A DNA stretch of 58,353 nt from an uncultured Alphaproteobacteria bacterium. Its GTDB lineage: Bacteria; Pseudomonadota; Alphaproteobacteria; RF32; CAG-239. Under the pieces are notes generated by a model that made no database searches, was not told the DNA's origin, and saw only the letters and a list, made by a program, of their open reading frames with translations. Position 1 is the first letter of the stretch. The number at the start of each line of letters is the position of its first letter. The position numbers and the translations under genes are program-made. Location: positions 1-58,353 of the forward strand of contig CALXPK010000006.1 of NCBI GenBank assembly GCA_944390265.1, in the 5' to 3' direction. Positions 10,746 through 20,166 of the stretch are shown here, in pieces.

Positions 10746-11144
10746 CTACATTCCCAACAATTGTGAAGCAATATTAATATATTTTTTGCCGGCTTCTTGC
10801 GCACCTTCAACTGTTTCTTTTATGCTTTTGTCTTTGCGCAAAGAAGCAATTTTAATCAGCATCGGCAGGTTCATACCGGCCAAAATCTCCACATTGGCTC
10901 TGTCCATGATAGAGATGGCCAAGTTAGAAGGTGTGCCGCCGAACATATCAGTCAAAACCACAACCCCGCTACCGGTATCCACTTTGCTGACCTTGTCCAA
11001 AATTTCGGCACGGCGCATTTCCATATCATCTTCGGGGCCGATGCACACGGCTTCCACGTTTTCTTGTTTGCCAACCACATGCTGCATGGCGGAAATAAAT
11101 TCCAGCGCCAAATTGCCATGTGTAACTAAAACCAAACCAATCAT
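10746..11144 (-). CDS. manX: PTS EIIA component, mannose/fructose family
   Basis: MIGLVLVTHG, LTDMFGGTPSN and GMNLPML motifs; adjacent to HPr. Confidence 0.92.
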   Translation of the reverse strand: MIGLVLVTHGNLALEFISAMQHVVGKQENVEAVCIGPEDDMEMRRAEILDKVSKVDTGSGVVVLTDMFGGTPSNLAISIMDRANVEILAGMNLPMLIKIASLRKDKSIKETVEGAQEAGKKYINIASQLLGM

Positions 11145-11165
11145 TGTGTTCTTCCTTCAATTTTT

Positions 11166-11585
11166 TTATTTTTTAGGGCCGTTTGTCCAGCATTTAACGG
11201 CACCGAACTTGGCCAAAACTTCTTCTTTGGTTTTGGCTTTGACATATTCATCGGCACGGGTTTGTTTGCCTTCCAAAACAATCTCTTCCACATTTTCCAC
11301 CGGCACGGCATAGGTGCGTTCCACCATTTTGCCCTGCAATTCCACAATCAGCAAAAACTCGGCCTCGGCCAAAGGACCTCTGGTTTCTTCATCAATATCA
11401 TCAAGTTTCACGGCCAAGTGATCATCTCTTTTAAGAAGAGCGGTTTTTTTGCCGTCAAATTGCAACACGGGGTTAACCGGGGCTCCTTCGCGCGCATCAA
11501 TAAAAATAGCAAGTTCGCCATATTTATTTTCAATAATTTCGTAGAAATCTTGTTTTTCAATCAGGGTGTAATATTGTGTTTCCAT
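11166..11585 (-). CDS. Hypothetical acidic protein (139 aa)
   Basis: Clean ORF with its own promoter, co-oriented with the PTS genes. Confidence 0.75.
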   Translation of the reverse strand: METQYYTLIEKQDFYEIIENKYGELAIFIDAREGAPVNPVLQFDGKKTALLKRDDHLAVKLDDIDEETRGPLAEAEFLLIVELQGKMVERTYAVPVENVEEIVLEGKQTRADEYVKAKTKEEVLAKFGAVKCWTNGPKK

Positions 11586-11621
11586 GGATTTTGACCTTAA
11601 AAAATCATATTATTGCTAAAG

Positions 11622-11650
11622 ATGATAGTACAATAAGACAAGAGTGTCAA
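11622..11650 (-). promoter_or_regulatory. Sigma70 promoter of the 139-aa gene / PTS operon
   Basis: TTGACA-N17-TATCAT. Confidence 0.7.
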
Positions 11651-11675
11651 TTTTGAGTTAACACATCAAAAGATA

Positions 11676-12902
11676 TTAATAAGATTGCGGCGTAATTTTG
11701 TTGTTGGCCACCTCAAAAAAGAGGGCATCATTCTTCAGGCTCATAAAAAGCTCCGGATTCGTTGACGTAATCCAGGCCTGAACTTTGAGGTCTTTAATTT
11801 TTGCAAGCAAAGCCTCGCGCTTCACATCGTCCAAATGCGCCACCACCTCGTCAAGGAGCATGACAGGGGCAAACCCTTGGTGCAAAGTTTGTGACTTGGT
11901 TTGAGCTAAGATAATGCTGATGAGGAGCGATTTTTGCTCGCCGGTAGAACAAAGCTCGGCCGGCATATGTTTTTTGCGATAATATACCTTAAAATCGGTG
12001 CGGTTCACACCGTCAACAGAGTCATTATACAAAACATTTTGCCGCTGGGCTTTGAGCTTGTTTTTATAAAAATCTTCCACATCCACCGCCGGCATTTTAT
12101 CGAGCATTTTTTCAATTATGCCGTCAAGTTCCAAACGCACGCTCGGGAAAATATCGTCCGGCTCATGCTCAATAAAGGTGTTGAGCTTGGCGGTTTGTTC
12201 CCGTCTGGCCGCGGCAATCGCCACTCCGAGCGAAGCCATATTTTCTTCCAAAGGCGTCAGCCAGTGGTTGTCTTTGGACCCGTTTTTCAAAAGCTGATAC
12301 CACTCTTTGTATAAGTGTTCAAAATTCGCCGTACGTTTGGCGTGTTCCATATCAAAAGCATAAACCAAACGGTCAAGAAAGCTGCGTCTGGGTTGTGAGC
12401 CGCCGCGGAAAAGTCGGTCCATTTGCGGGGTCAGCCACACGGCGGAAATATATTTTCCGAGCTCGGCTTGAGAAGAAATTTTGTTACCGTCGATTTTAAC
12501 GATTCTCCGTTCAAAGGAGCGGATATCATCATCACTTTCTTTGCTGCTTTTTTCAACCGCAGTGCCGATTTCATAGGATTCGCCGCCCTTCACAACCGTG
12601 GAAGAAACCGCCCAAGAAGTGGGGTTAATTTCGGTTGGAGCATATTCATCAGTCACAAGCGCCGGACGGATTCGCCTAATATCGGCCAGCCTTGCCCCGC
12701 GCAAACCTCTTCCGGGGGTAAGGAAAGATACCGCTTCCAAAATATTGGTCTTGCCGGTGCCGTTTTCGCCGGTGATAATAATCGGGCACAGCTCGGTATT
12801 GAGGCGCAAAAAAGGATAGTTTCTATAATCAGTTAAAGTCAGGCGCGTAACACCTGACTTTACTGAATTATCAACCTGAATATTTAAGGCCAAATTATCC
12901 AT
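11676..12902 (-). CDS. recF: DNA replication/repair protein RecF
   Basis: GENGTGKTNILEAVS, RRSFLDRL, CSTGEQK and LLDEVVAHLD motifs. Confidence 0.96.
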   Translation of the reverse strand: MDNLALNIQVDNSVKSGVTRLTLTDYRNYPFLRLNTELCPIIITGENGTGKTNILEAVSFLTPGRGLRGARLADIRRIRPALVTDEYAPTEINPTSWAVSSTVVKGGESYEIGTAVEKSSKESDDDIRSFERRIVKIDGNKISSQAELGKYISAVWLTPQMDRLFRGGSQPRRSFLDRLVYAFDMEHAKRTANFEHLYKEWYQLLKNGSKDNHWLTPLEENMASLGVAIAAARREQTAKLNTFIEHEPDDIFPSVRLELDGIIEKMLDKMPAVDVEDFYKNKLKAQRQNVLYNDSVDGVNRTDFKVYYRKKHMPAELCSTGEQKSLLISIILAQTKSQTLHQGFAPVMLLDEVVAHLDDVKREALLAKIKDLKVQAWITSTNPELFMSLKNDALFFEVANNKITPQSY

Positions 12903-12917
12903 TTTGCCCCTATAAAA

Positions 12918-14036
12918 TTAGACGCGCATCGGCATCAAAACATAGATGGCGCTGGAGTCTGTGGTATCATGAATAACTGAAGGCGAAGAAGCATCGGCAA
13001 AAGAAATGCGTACAGCCTCACCTTTAACTTCAGCCAAAATATCCAACAAATAACGGAAGTTATAGCCGATTTCGACCGATTCGCCTTCATATTTGGCTTC
13101 CAATTCTTCTTGAGCCGAACCTAAATCCGGGCTGGAAGTGGTGATGGTCACCTTGGAAGGAGCGGTAATCATCTTAATGGCGCGGGTTCTTTCCGCCACA
13201 ACTGAAACACGGTCAACGGCAGAAGCCAAATCTTTAACCGAAAGTTCCAAGTTTTTGTCATTGTCGGTCGGAATAACGCGTTCATAATCAGGATATGTGC
13301 CGTCAATGAGTTTAGAGGTCAAAGTCACATCTTCAAAAGCAAAGCGGACTTTGTTTTCAGACATGGAAACCATGATGTGGTCAGCATTGTTGTCATCCAA
13401 GAGCTTTCTGATTTCGGTAATGGTTTTTCTCGGTACAATCACACCGGCCAAGTTTTCGGCACCTTGCGGCAACGGGGTTTCAACACAAGCCAAGCGGTGA
13501 CCATCGGTGGCAACCACGCGCAAAACTTTAGTCTCGCCTTCGTTTTTAGCATGCATATAAACACCGTTGAGGTAGTAACGAGTTTCTTCGGTAGAAACGA
13601 CAAACTTAGTGCGGTCAATCACATCTTTGAGCTCTTCTTTGTCCATGGTAAAGTTGATGGGCAATTTGTCGCCGGAAATCACCGGAAAATCTTCAACCCC
13701 AATGGATGAAAGAGAAAATTTGGAGCGAGCGGAAGCAATGGTCAATTGGCCTTTTTCATCCGGGAAAGTGATTTCCACTTCTGACCCGTCGGAAAGTTTT
13801 CTGACAATGTCATAGAGCATATGCGCCGGAGCGGTTGTGGCACCGGTTTCGGTTGTTTTGGCATCAACAACTTCCGTAATTTCGGTATCCATATCGGTTG
13901 CCTTGAAGCTGATACCATCTTCCAATGCTTCGATTCGCACGTTGGACAAGACCGGAATGGTGTTTCTTTTTTCAACAATGCTCTGAACATGGCTCAGAGT
14001 TTTCAACAAATTAGCGCGTTCAATCGTAAACTTCAT
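12918..14036 (-). CDS. dnaN: DNA polymerase III beta clamp
   Basis: IPVLSNV, ETRYYLNG, ATDGHRL, KLIDGTYPDY and VLMPMRV motifs. Confidence 0.98.
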   Translation of the reverse strand: MKFTIERANLLKTLSHVQSIVEKRNTIPVLSNVRIEALEDGISFKATDMDTEITEVVDAKTTETGATTAPAHMLYDIVRKLSDGSEVEITFPDEKGQLTIASARSKFSLSSIGVEDFPVISGDKLPINFTMDKEELKDVIDRTKFVVSTEETRYYLNGVYMHAKNEGETKVLRVVATDGHRLACVETPLPQGAENLAGVIVPRKTITEIRKLLDDNNADHIMVSMSENKVRFAFEDVTLTSKLIDGTYPDYERVIPTDNDKNLELSVKDLASAVDRVSVVAERTRAIKMITAPSKVTITTSSPDLGSAQEELEAKYEGESVEIGYNFRYLLDILAEVKGEAVRISFADASSPSVIHDTTDSSAIYVLMPMRV

Positions 14037-14139
14037 TTCAATTCACCTGTTTTTAGATCTAAAAAAATATTATCAAAATACTATCACAAAAGCGGCAAAC
14101 CAGAAGAGAAAACAACGATTCGTCAACAACTTTTTCATA

Positions 14140-14175
14140 AAAAAACACCTCTTTGAGGAGCAAAGAGGTGTTTTT
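14140..14175. terminator. Intrinsic terminator between dnaA and dnaN
   Basis: AAAAACACCTCTTTG-AGGAG-CAAAGAGGTGTTTTT. Confidence 0.8.
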
Positions 14176-14198
14176 CTTTTCGGGGTAAAAGATAAAAT

Positions 14199-15638
14199 TT
14201 AGGCTTCCAAAACGCGTCTCAAAGCATCAACGTCCTCAGCCAAGCTCTTGTCTTCCAAAATGAGCTCTTCCACCTTGCGCACGGCATGCATAACCGTGGT
14301 GTGGTCGCGGTCAAATTTGCGGCCGATTTCAGGAAGAGAGCGAGAAGTGAGCTGTTTGGCCAAATACATGGCAATCTGGCGCGGACGAGCCACGGTGCGT
14401 GCTCTGCGGGATGATTGCATTTCCTTAACGGAGATGTTGAAGTGCTCGGCAACTTTCTTTTGAATCTCATCAATGGTGGTGCGACGGTCATAAGAACGGA
14501 GCATATCTTTCAACACATCTTGGGTCATATCCAAGGTGATTTCTTTGTCGCTCAAGAGCTGGGAGTGAGCAATCACGCGGCGCAATGCACCTTCGAGTTC
14601 TCTGATGTTTGAGGTGATTTTTTGAGCCAAAAATTCGCAAACTTTGGTCGGAACCTCAACGCCGAGCTGTTTGGCTTTGTTTTGCAAAATGCCCATGCGC
14701 AAGTCAAAGTCGGTCGGGTGAATATCGGCAACCAAGCCGCAACCCAAACGAGATTTCAATCTGGCTTCGATTCCGTCCAAATCAGCCGGAGATTTATCAG
14801 CCGAGATAATGATTTGTCTGCCTTCTTCAATCAAAGAATTAAAGGTGTAGAAAAACTCTTCTTGAGTGGTGTCTTTGCCGCCCATAAATTGAACATCATC
14901 AACCATCAACACATCAACGGAGCGGAATTGCTCTTTGAAAGCGGTGGTGTCTTTGTAGCGCAAAGCCCGAACAAATTTGTACATGAACTTTTCAGCCGAC
15001 AAATAAACAATATTTCTGGTCGGGTCTTGTTGTTTGATGTGCCAAGCAATGGCGTGCATCAAGTGGGTTTTGCCCAAACCGACGCCGGAGTATAAGAACA
15101 ACGGGTTGAAAGAAACGTTTCTGGATTCGGCCACTTTGCGCGCGGCGGCATAAGCAAATTCGTTGGTTTTGCCGACAACAAAATTGTCAAAAGTATATTG
15201 CGGGTTCAATGGAACGGACAGCGGGTCGGCATTGGCAAAAGTCTCAACATTGCCGGTAACCGAAGCCATACCGGATTGATAAATATGATTAGGTGTCGGC
15301 GTAGAGGTGATTTTTTTGAGCAAAGAGCGGCAAGTCGGGCTATACAAACCTTTGCCGTCGTCATTAACGGCCTGCACCACAAAATTGACGCTTTTAATCT
15401 CCGGATTTTTCTTTTCCCAAATTTTGTGGATTCTGTCACTATAATGGGTAATTACCCAGTTTCTCATAAAGCGGGTCGGAACACAAATATTCATCACCCC
15501 GTCATTAAAAGAACCCAAAGTCAAAGGTTTCAACCAGCTGTCGAAAGCGGTTTCACCGACCTCGGTTTTCAATTGGCTGCAAATCTGTCCCCATTGATCC
15601 TGAACAGAATTGTTGTTTGTTATTGCTTGTTCAGCCAT
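14199..15638 (-). CDS. dnaA: Chromosomal replication initiator DnaA
   Basis: YTFDNFVVG, NPLFLYSGVGLGKTHL, DDVQF, NIRELEGAL and RDHTTVMHA motifs. Confidence 0.98.
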   Translation of the reverse strand: MAEQAITNNNSVQDQWGQICSQLKTEVGETAFDSWLKPLTLGSFNDGVMNICVPTRFMRNWVITHYSDRIHKIWEKKNPEIKSVNFVVQAVNDDGKGLYSPTCRSLLKKITSTPTPNHIYQSGMASVTGNVETFANADPLSVPLNPQYTFDNFVVGKTNEFAYAAARKVAESRNVSFNPLFLYSGVGLGKTHLMHAIAWHIKQQDPTRNIVYLSAEKFMYKFVRALRYKDTTAFKEQFRSVDVLMVDDVQFMGGKDTTQEEFFYTFNSLIEEGRQIIISADKSPADLDGIEARLKSRLGCGLVADIHPTDFDLRMGILQNKAKQLGVEVPTKVCEFLAQKITSNIRELEGALRRVIAHSQLLSDKEITLDMTQDVLKDMLRSYDRRTTIDEIQKKVAEHFNISVKEMQSSRRARTVARPRQIAMYLAKQLTSRSLPEIGRKFDRDHTTVMHAVRKVEELILEDKSLAEDVDALRRVLEA

Positions 15639-16001
15639 TTTATCTCCCCATTTTTTATAGTTAACAACTCAAATTTTCTAAAATAGTTATGCATTGCAAT
15701 TTTTTTTCAGCCGTGCTTCCCGACACAATTTATTTTATTACATATTCCCTTATATAAGAAAATAAAGGACCGAAAAAAATTATCAATTGCTCTAATGACT
15801 ATCTTAATAATTACTTTTTTCGCAACGAACAAAACCTGAAAGACTTGCGTCTCTTTTGTTTTGCACTTTCATTGTTCCCGAAAGCTATTTGGATATTAAA
15901 GGTAAAAAAAATAATTACAACAGAACATTTTAAGAACATTGCAATTATATTTCTTGACAGGGATTTTTTGCAGAGTCGCAGGGATTCTCTTGTTTTTATG
16001 C

Positions 16002-16057
16002 AAAAAAACACAAACCGAAGCCTCTCAGTTAAGAGATTATATCGATTTGTGTTTTTT
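16002..16057 (-). terminator. Probable terminator after rpsT
   Basis: AAAAAAACACAAA.CGA...TCGATTTGTGTTTTTT imperfect long hairpin. Confidence 0.55.
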
Positions 16058-16083
16058 AATAAATTTGTCTCAGAAACTAAAAC

Positions 16084-16344
16084 TTAAAGAGCTTTAATTT
16101 TTTTAGAAAGACGAGAAACGGTACGAGCCGCTTTGTTGAGGTGGAACACACCTTTGCGAACAGATACCATCAATTCAGATTCGGCAACTTTAAGAGCTTC
16201 CAAAGCCTTGTCTTTTTCTTTAGCATTAATCAAAGCGTCAACTTTTTTAACAAAAGTGCGAACTCTGCTACGACGAGCACCGTTGATAACGGCTCTTTTA
16301 TTGTTGCGGTTAATTCTGGTTTTTGCCGATTTATGATTGGCCAT
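16084..16344 (-). CDS. rpsT: 30S ribosomal protein S20
   Basis: MANHKSAK...RSRVRTFVKKV...KGVFHLNKAAR; typical rpsT-dnaA synteny. Confidence 0.97.
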   Translation of the reverse strand: MANHKSAKTRINRNNKRAVINGARRSRVRTFVKKVDALINAKEKDKALEALKVAESELMVSVRKGVFHLNKAARTVSRLSKKIKAL

Positions 16345-16455
16345 ATTTTTAAATCCTGTATTAAAAAGTTATTACAATATATTTTTGATATGCTTTATAA
16401 ACTCTAAACAAGGGTTTAGTCAATAGCTATTTTGCGAAAAAAGCCTAAAATCTTG

Positions 16456-17220
16456 TTATTTTTTGCGTTTTTCCATAAAGGCCTGCAAAGATTCTTTGAA
16501 TCCGTTGGAGCCGAGGCAGATTTTGCAGTTTTTGTTTTCATAGGCGATTCCGGCTTCCAGATTCGAATTATAGGCTTGTTTGATGGCATCTTTGGCCAAG
16601 CGAATGGCATTTTGCGGCAGGGCGGAGATTCGCATGGCGGTTTTGACGGCTTCTTCAAACAAATCGGGCAGGGCCACAATTCGGCTGGCGATTCCGCAAG
16701 CCACGGCTTCTTCGGCATTAAGGGCGCGTCCGGTCAAAATCATTTCCATGGTTTTAGACTTGCCGATGGTTTTGGCCAAGCGCTGAGTCGAGCCAAACCC
16801 CGGAATAACGCCGAGGCTGATTTCCGGTTGGCCGAAGCGGGCATTGTCTGCCACCAAGATAATATCGCAGGAAAGAGCCAGCTCACAACCGATTCCCAAG
16901 GCATAACCGGCCACGGCGGCCACAATCGGCTTGGGGCAGTTGTCAATTTGCTTAAAATAGGTATAGGTCTTGTCCAAAGCCTCGATTCCGTAAATTTCCA
17001 CTTTGTTTTGCAACTCGGCAATATCAATACCGGCGGCAAAAGCCTTGTCGCTGCCTTTCAAGACAATGGCGGCAATGGAGTCGTCATTGCAAAACAAATC
17101 AAGTTGTTGTGAAAGTTCTTGCAGCATTTGCTCGCAAACGGCGTTGAGCGCACGCGGACGATTGAGGGTGATGATGCCGACCGAACCTCTGGTTTCGGTC
17201 AAAATAGTTTGATATTCCAT
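16456..17220 (-). CDS. Enoyl-CoA hydratase/isomerase
   Basis: LNRPRALNA, AFAAGIDI, GIGCELALSCD and FGQPEI (both catalytic Glu present). Confidence 0.93.
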   Translation of the reverse strand: MEYQTILTETRGSVGIITLNRPRALNAVCEQMLQELSQQLDLFCNDDSIAAIVLKGSDKAFAAGIDIAELQNKVEIYGIEALDKTYTYFKQIDNCPKPIVAAVAGYALGIGCELALSCDIILVADNARFGQPEISLGVIPGFGSTQRLAKTIGKSKTMEMILTGRALNAEEAVACGIASRIVALPDLFEEAVKTAMRISALPQNAIRLAKDAIKQAYNSNLEAGIAYENKNCKICLGSNGFKESLQAFMEKRKK

Positions 17221-17228
17221 TTTCTATC

Positions 17229-17588
17229 CTATAACTTGCTTTTAACGGTGATTCGGACAACAAGCGGCTTGGTCGATTCTTTGGCAATATCCAAGGTTTC
17301 GCCGTCGCGGTCAAAAGACAAAATATTGTCTCTTTTGCCTTGATAAATCCACCCGAGTTGGGGAAGTGTGTCGATATAAAATTTTTCCACTTTGGCAAAC
17401 CCGATTTTGGTGCTGGTGAAATAAGCCTCAACCAAACGGCTTTCTTCATTGCCGAAAGAAATGTTGTCTTTTTGCACCTGTTCCAAACCTTTGAGCAAAG
17501 GCACATCTTCCAAGCCTTCGATAAAAGCGGCTTGGCTGTTAAAAGCAAGCAGAACGGTCGCAATCAAAACACTGAAAAATTTTTTCAT
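17229..17588 (-). CDS. Exported hypothetical protein (119 aa)
   Basis: Signal peptide; EDVPLL.GL and FYIDTLPQLGW segments; located within the mutM-ech operon. Confidence 0.75.
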   Translation of the reverse strand: MKKFFSVLIATVLLAFNSQAAFIEGLEDVPLLKGLEQVQKDNISFGNEESRLVEAYFTSTKIGFAKVEKFYIDTLPQLGWIYQGKRDNILSFDRDGETLDIAKESTKPLVVRITVKSKL

Positions 17589-17600
17589 TTTTTCCTCATT

Positions 17601-18437
17601 TTATTTTTGCAAAGAAGGACAAAAGAAGGTTGAACGTCCGCCCAAAACAATCTTTTGGATTCCTCCGGTCTTTTTAATGTTGCAACGGCAATCAGGACAA
17701 GCCTGACCGGTTTTGTTATAAACACAATGCATATGTTGAAAATATCCCAAACTTCCGTCCGGTTTTTGATAGTCGCGCAAGGTAGACCCGCCGGCGGCAA
17801 TGGCTTTTTGCAAAACCTCTCGAACTTTTTTAATGAGCCGTGAACATTCCGGCAAAGACAAGCTGTTGGCCGGTCTGGTCGGAAGGATTCGCGCCTCATA
17901 TAAGGATTCGGAAGCATAAATATTTCCGATTCCCACAATAACAGACTGATCTAATAAAGCAACTTTAATGGCGGTTTTTTTCGACCGAAATTTTTGCTGC
18001 AGATATTTGCCGTCGATTCTTTCATCAAAGGGCTCCGGTCCCAGCTCTTGCAAAAACTTTGGTTTGGCGCCGTTTTTTTCATCAAAATACGTAAACATGC
18101 CAAACCTTCTGGCATCATGATAGGTGATAAAGCCGTTATCTGTTTGCATAACCACATGGTCATGCTTTTCTTTAGGCAATTTTTTATCGCTGATTTTAAT
18201 TTGCCCGCTCATACCCAAATGCCAAATCAGGCAGATTCCGTTATCCAAATGAATAAGAATATATTTTGCGCGGCGTTCATAAGCCAAAATTTTGGCACCC
18301 GTCACTTTGAGAGGCAAATCATCGGGGATTTTTTCGCGCAAATTCTTGTTATAAATGCAAACATTTTGTATAGTGGCTTTACCGATGGAGCGTTCCATGG
18401 CGGTTTTAATGGTTTCAACTTCGGGCAGCTCAGGCAT
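17601..18437 (-). CDS. mutM: Formamidopyrimidine-DNA glycosylase
   Basis: MPELPEVET, HLGMSG, GIGNIYASE and C-terminal zinc finger with GRSTFFCP. Confidence 0.97.
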   Translation of the reverse strand: MPELPEVETIKTAMERSIGKATIQNVCIYNKNLREKIPDDLPLKVTGAKILAYERRAKYILIHLDNGICLIWHLGMSGQIKISDKKLPKEKHDHVVMQTDNGFITYHDARRFGMFTYFDEKNGAKPKFLQELGPEPFDERIDGKYLQQKFRSKKTAIKVALLDQSVIVGIGNIYASESLYEARILPTRPANSLSLPECSRLIKKVREVLQKAIAAGGSTLRDYQKPDGSLGYFQHMHCVYNKTGQACPDCRCNIKKTGGIQKIVLGGRSTFFCPSLQK

Positions 18438-18478
18438 TTTGACCTCGGATTAATGGTGTTTTTTTAGAAAGATTATAA

Positions 18479-19555
18479 ATGATAAAAGACTTTTTACAAT
18501 TTATAAAAAAAACTCTCCTTGCCGTCAAATTATCTCGGCAGGGGCTGTTTACACTTCTTTCTCAAACCCAAACTTTTAAAAACAATTTGCTCCTTGCAAA
18601 AATAAGCGCAAAACCGCAAGCCGAGCCGGATTCGTTTTTGGCTCAATGCCGAAACCCCCATTTTTTATGTTTGGTGCAAGAACTGCTCTCTGCCGCATCT
18701 TTATGCGGATTCGCCTCATGTTTTCTGCCTTGTGTTGAAGACAAAATCTATCAGGATAAAGTAAAAATAAGTCTGCCGGAAAATGACTTTGATTGGCCTT
18801 TTTACAGCCGCCTGTTGCAAGAACTTTGCCGCAAAGATTTTGCCAAAGCCAAAGGCTTGTATAAAGCCTGGCAAAATGCCGCAGATTTGTCGGCCGATAT
18901 GCGCTTATACGGTGCCCTTTTAGAAGAGGTCAATCAATCCGCCGCCCCGCTTTATACCATTGATTGGGTGGCCTCATCCAAACAAACTCTGGTGCTGAAT
19001 TTTATCCAACCTGCCAAATTGACGGACAAACTTTCCGTCCCTGCACAAAAAAATTTGGCCTTGCGTTTTGCCGAACTTTTCTTTGTCGAAAAAATGTTAG
19101 TCGAGGCATGGAACGGCGTTCTTTGCACGCAAGATAATCAAATCGGCTTTATCAATATTTTGTCTGCGCAAAAACTGGAGCTGACCGACATCAATTTTGC
19201 CGTCGATTTTTGGCAGAAAAATAAAAAGCCGCAAACCTTGGTACAAAGCAAAATTGTCTATGCTTTCGGGCTTTTGAGGTTTTATTGTCCCGACATCAAT
19301 TTAGCCGAAGTTTTGGATTCGTTTTTGCGCCCGCATTTTTTGCCCAAAAGCAAAGGCGAGCAAAATTTGTTAAAAAACTTGCATAAGCACGGCATGGTCT
19401 ATATGCCGCCCGTCGACATCAAATTCACATCGCCGAAGAGTCTGACCTATTTGCTGGATTCGCATCGGCACAAAAAAGATTCGCGTTTCAAAAAATCTTC
19501 CGCGCTGTATGTCTTGCTTTTGCTGTTGGCCTATCTTCTTTTGCGCTATTTTTAG
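18479..19555 (+). CDS. Hypothetical protein, probably a degenerate UbiB/ABC1 kinase-like protein
   Basis: Divergent from mutM, where ubiE-ubiB usually lie; DMRLYGALLEE and IDW..SSKQTLVLNFIQ echo UbiB segments; C-terminal TM helix; no catalytic loop motifs. Confidence 0.5.
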   Translation: MIKDFLQFIKKTLLAVKLSRQGLFTLLSQTQTFKNNLLLAKISAKPQAEPDSFLAQCRNPHFLCLVQELLSAASLCGFASCFLPCVEDKIYQDKVKISLPENDFDWPFYSRLLQELCRKDFAKAKGLYKAWQNAADLSADMRLYGALLEEVNQSAAPLYTIDWVASSKQTLVLNFIQPAKLTDKLSVPAQKNLALRFAELFFVEKMLVEAWNGVLCTQDNQIGFINILSAQKLELTDINFAVDFWQKNKKPQTLVQSKIVYAFGLLRFYCPDINLAEVLDSFLRPHFLPKSKGEQNLLKNLHKHGMVYMPPVDIKFTSPKSLTYLLDSHRHKKDSRFKKSSALYVLLLLLAYLLLRYF

Positions 19556-19614
19556 ACTTGTCAGAAAAGCTGAAATGCGCTAAACTCAAAAAGTTTAGAT
19601 AGAGAAAAAAGGCC

Positions 19615-20166
19615 ATGAAAAAACCACAAAGAACCCGAAAATATTTTGCCCCGCAAAACGAAGGTCAAGAGCATATCTGCGATCATCCCGGATGCCATGA
19701 AAAGGGAGAATATCGCGCGCCCAAAGACCGGAGTTTGAAAGAATATTATTGGTTCTGCCTCAAACACGTTCAGGAATATAATCAAAAATGGAACTATTAT
19801 GACGGTGCCGAAGCGCAAGAAGAGGAAGATGCCCGCCGTGCCCGCATGCGTTTTCGTTGGTTTGGCGCCAAGGTCAAATATAGCTTTGGGGATGAGTTTG
19901 CCGATGAATATAATGCTTTTCGAGAATATGCCAGCGACTTTTCGGCCATGAATGCGGTTTATTTTACCGATGAAGACCGCCGCAATTTAAAGATTATGGA
20001 GTTGCAGGATTCGGAAGAAGAACTGACGGTAGACATGGTCAAAAAACAATATAAAAAATTGGTCAAAAAATATCACCCCGATGTCAACCGTGATGATGAT
20101 CAGGCAGAAGAAAAATTCAAACTTTTGGGTGCGGCATATAAAGCCATTTTGGCCAAACTCAGCTAA
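19615..20166 (+). CDS. J-domain protein with N-terminal Cys-rich domain (alphaproteobacterial type)
   Basis: CDHPGC...YRAPK...WFCLKHVQEYNQKWNYY and C-terminal KKYHPDVN J domain. Confidence 0.9.
   Translation: MKKPQRTRKYFAPQNEGQEHICDHPGCHEKGEYRAPKDRSLKEYYWFCLKHVQEYNQKWNYYDGAEAQEEEDARRARMRFRWFGAKVKYSFGDEFADEYNAFREYASDFSAMNAVYFTDEDRRNLKIMELQDSEEELTVDMVKKQYKKLVKKYHPDVNRDDDQAEEKFKLLGAAYKAILAKLS

Noticed and set aside
15639-16083. rpsT-dnaA intergenic region as oriC
   Set aside because: AT-rich, but I found no consensus TTATCCACA DnaA boxes by eye; alphaproteobacterial origins are often away from dnaA; GC-skew analysis would be needed
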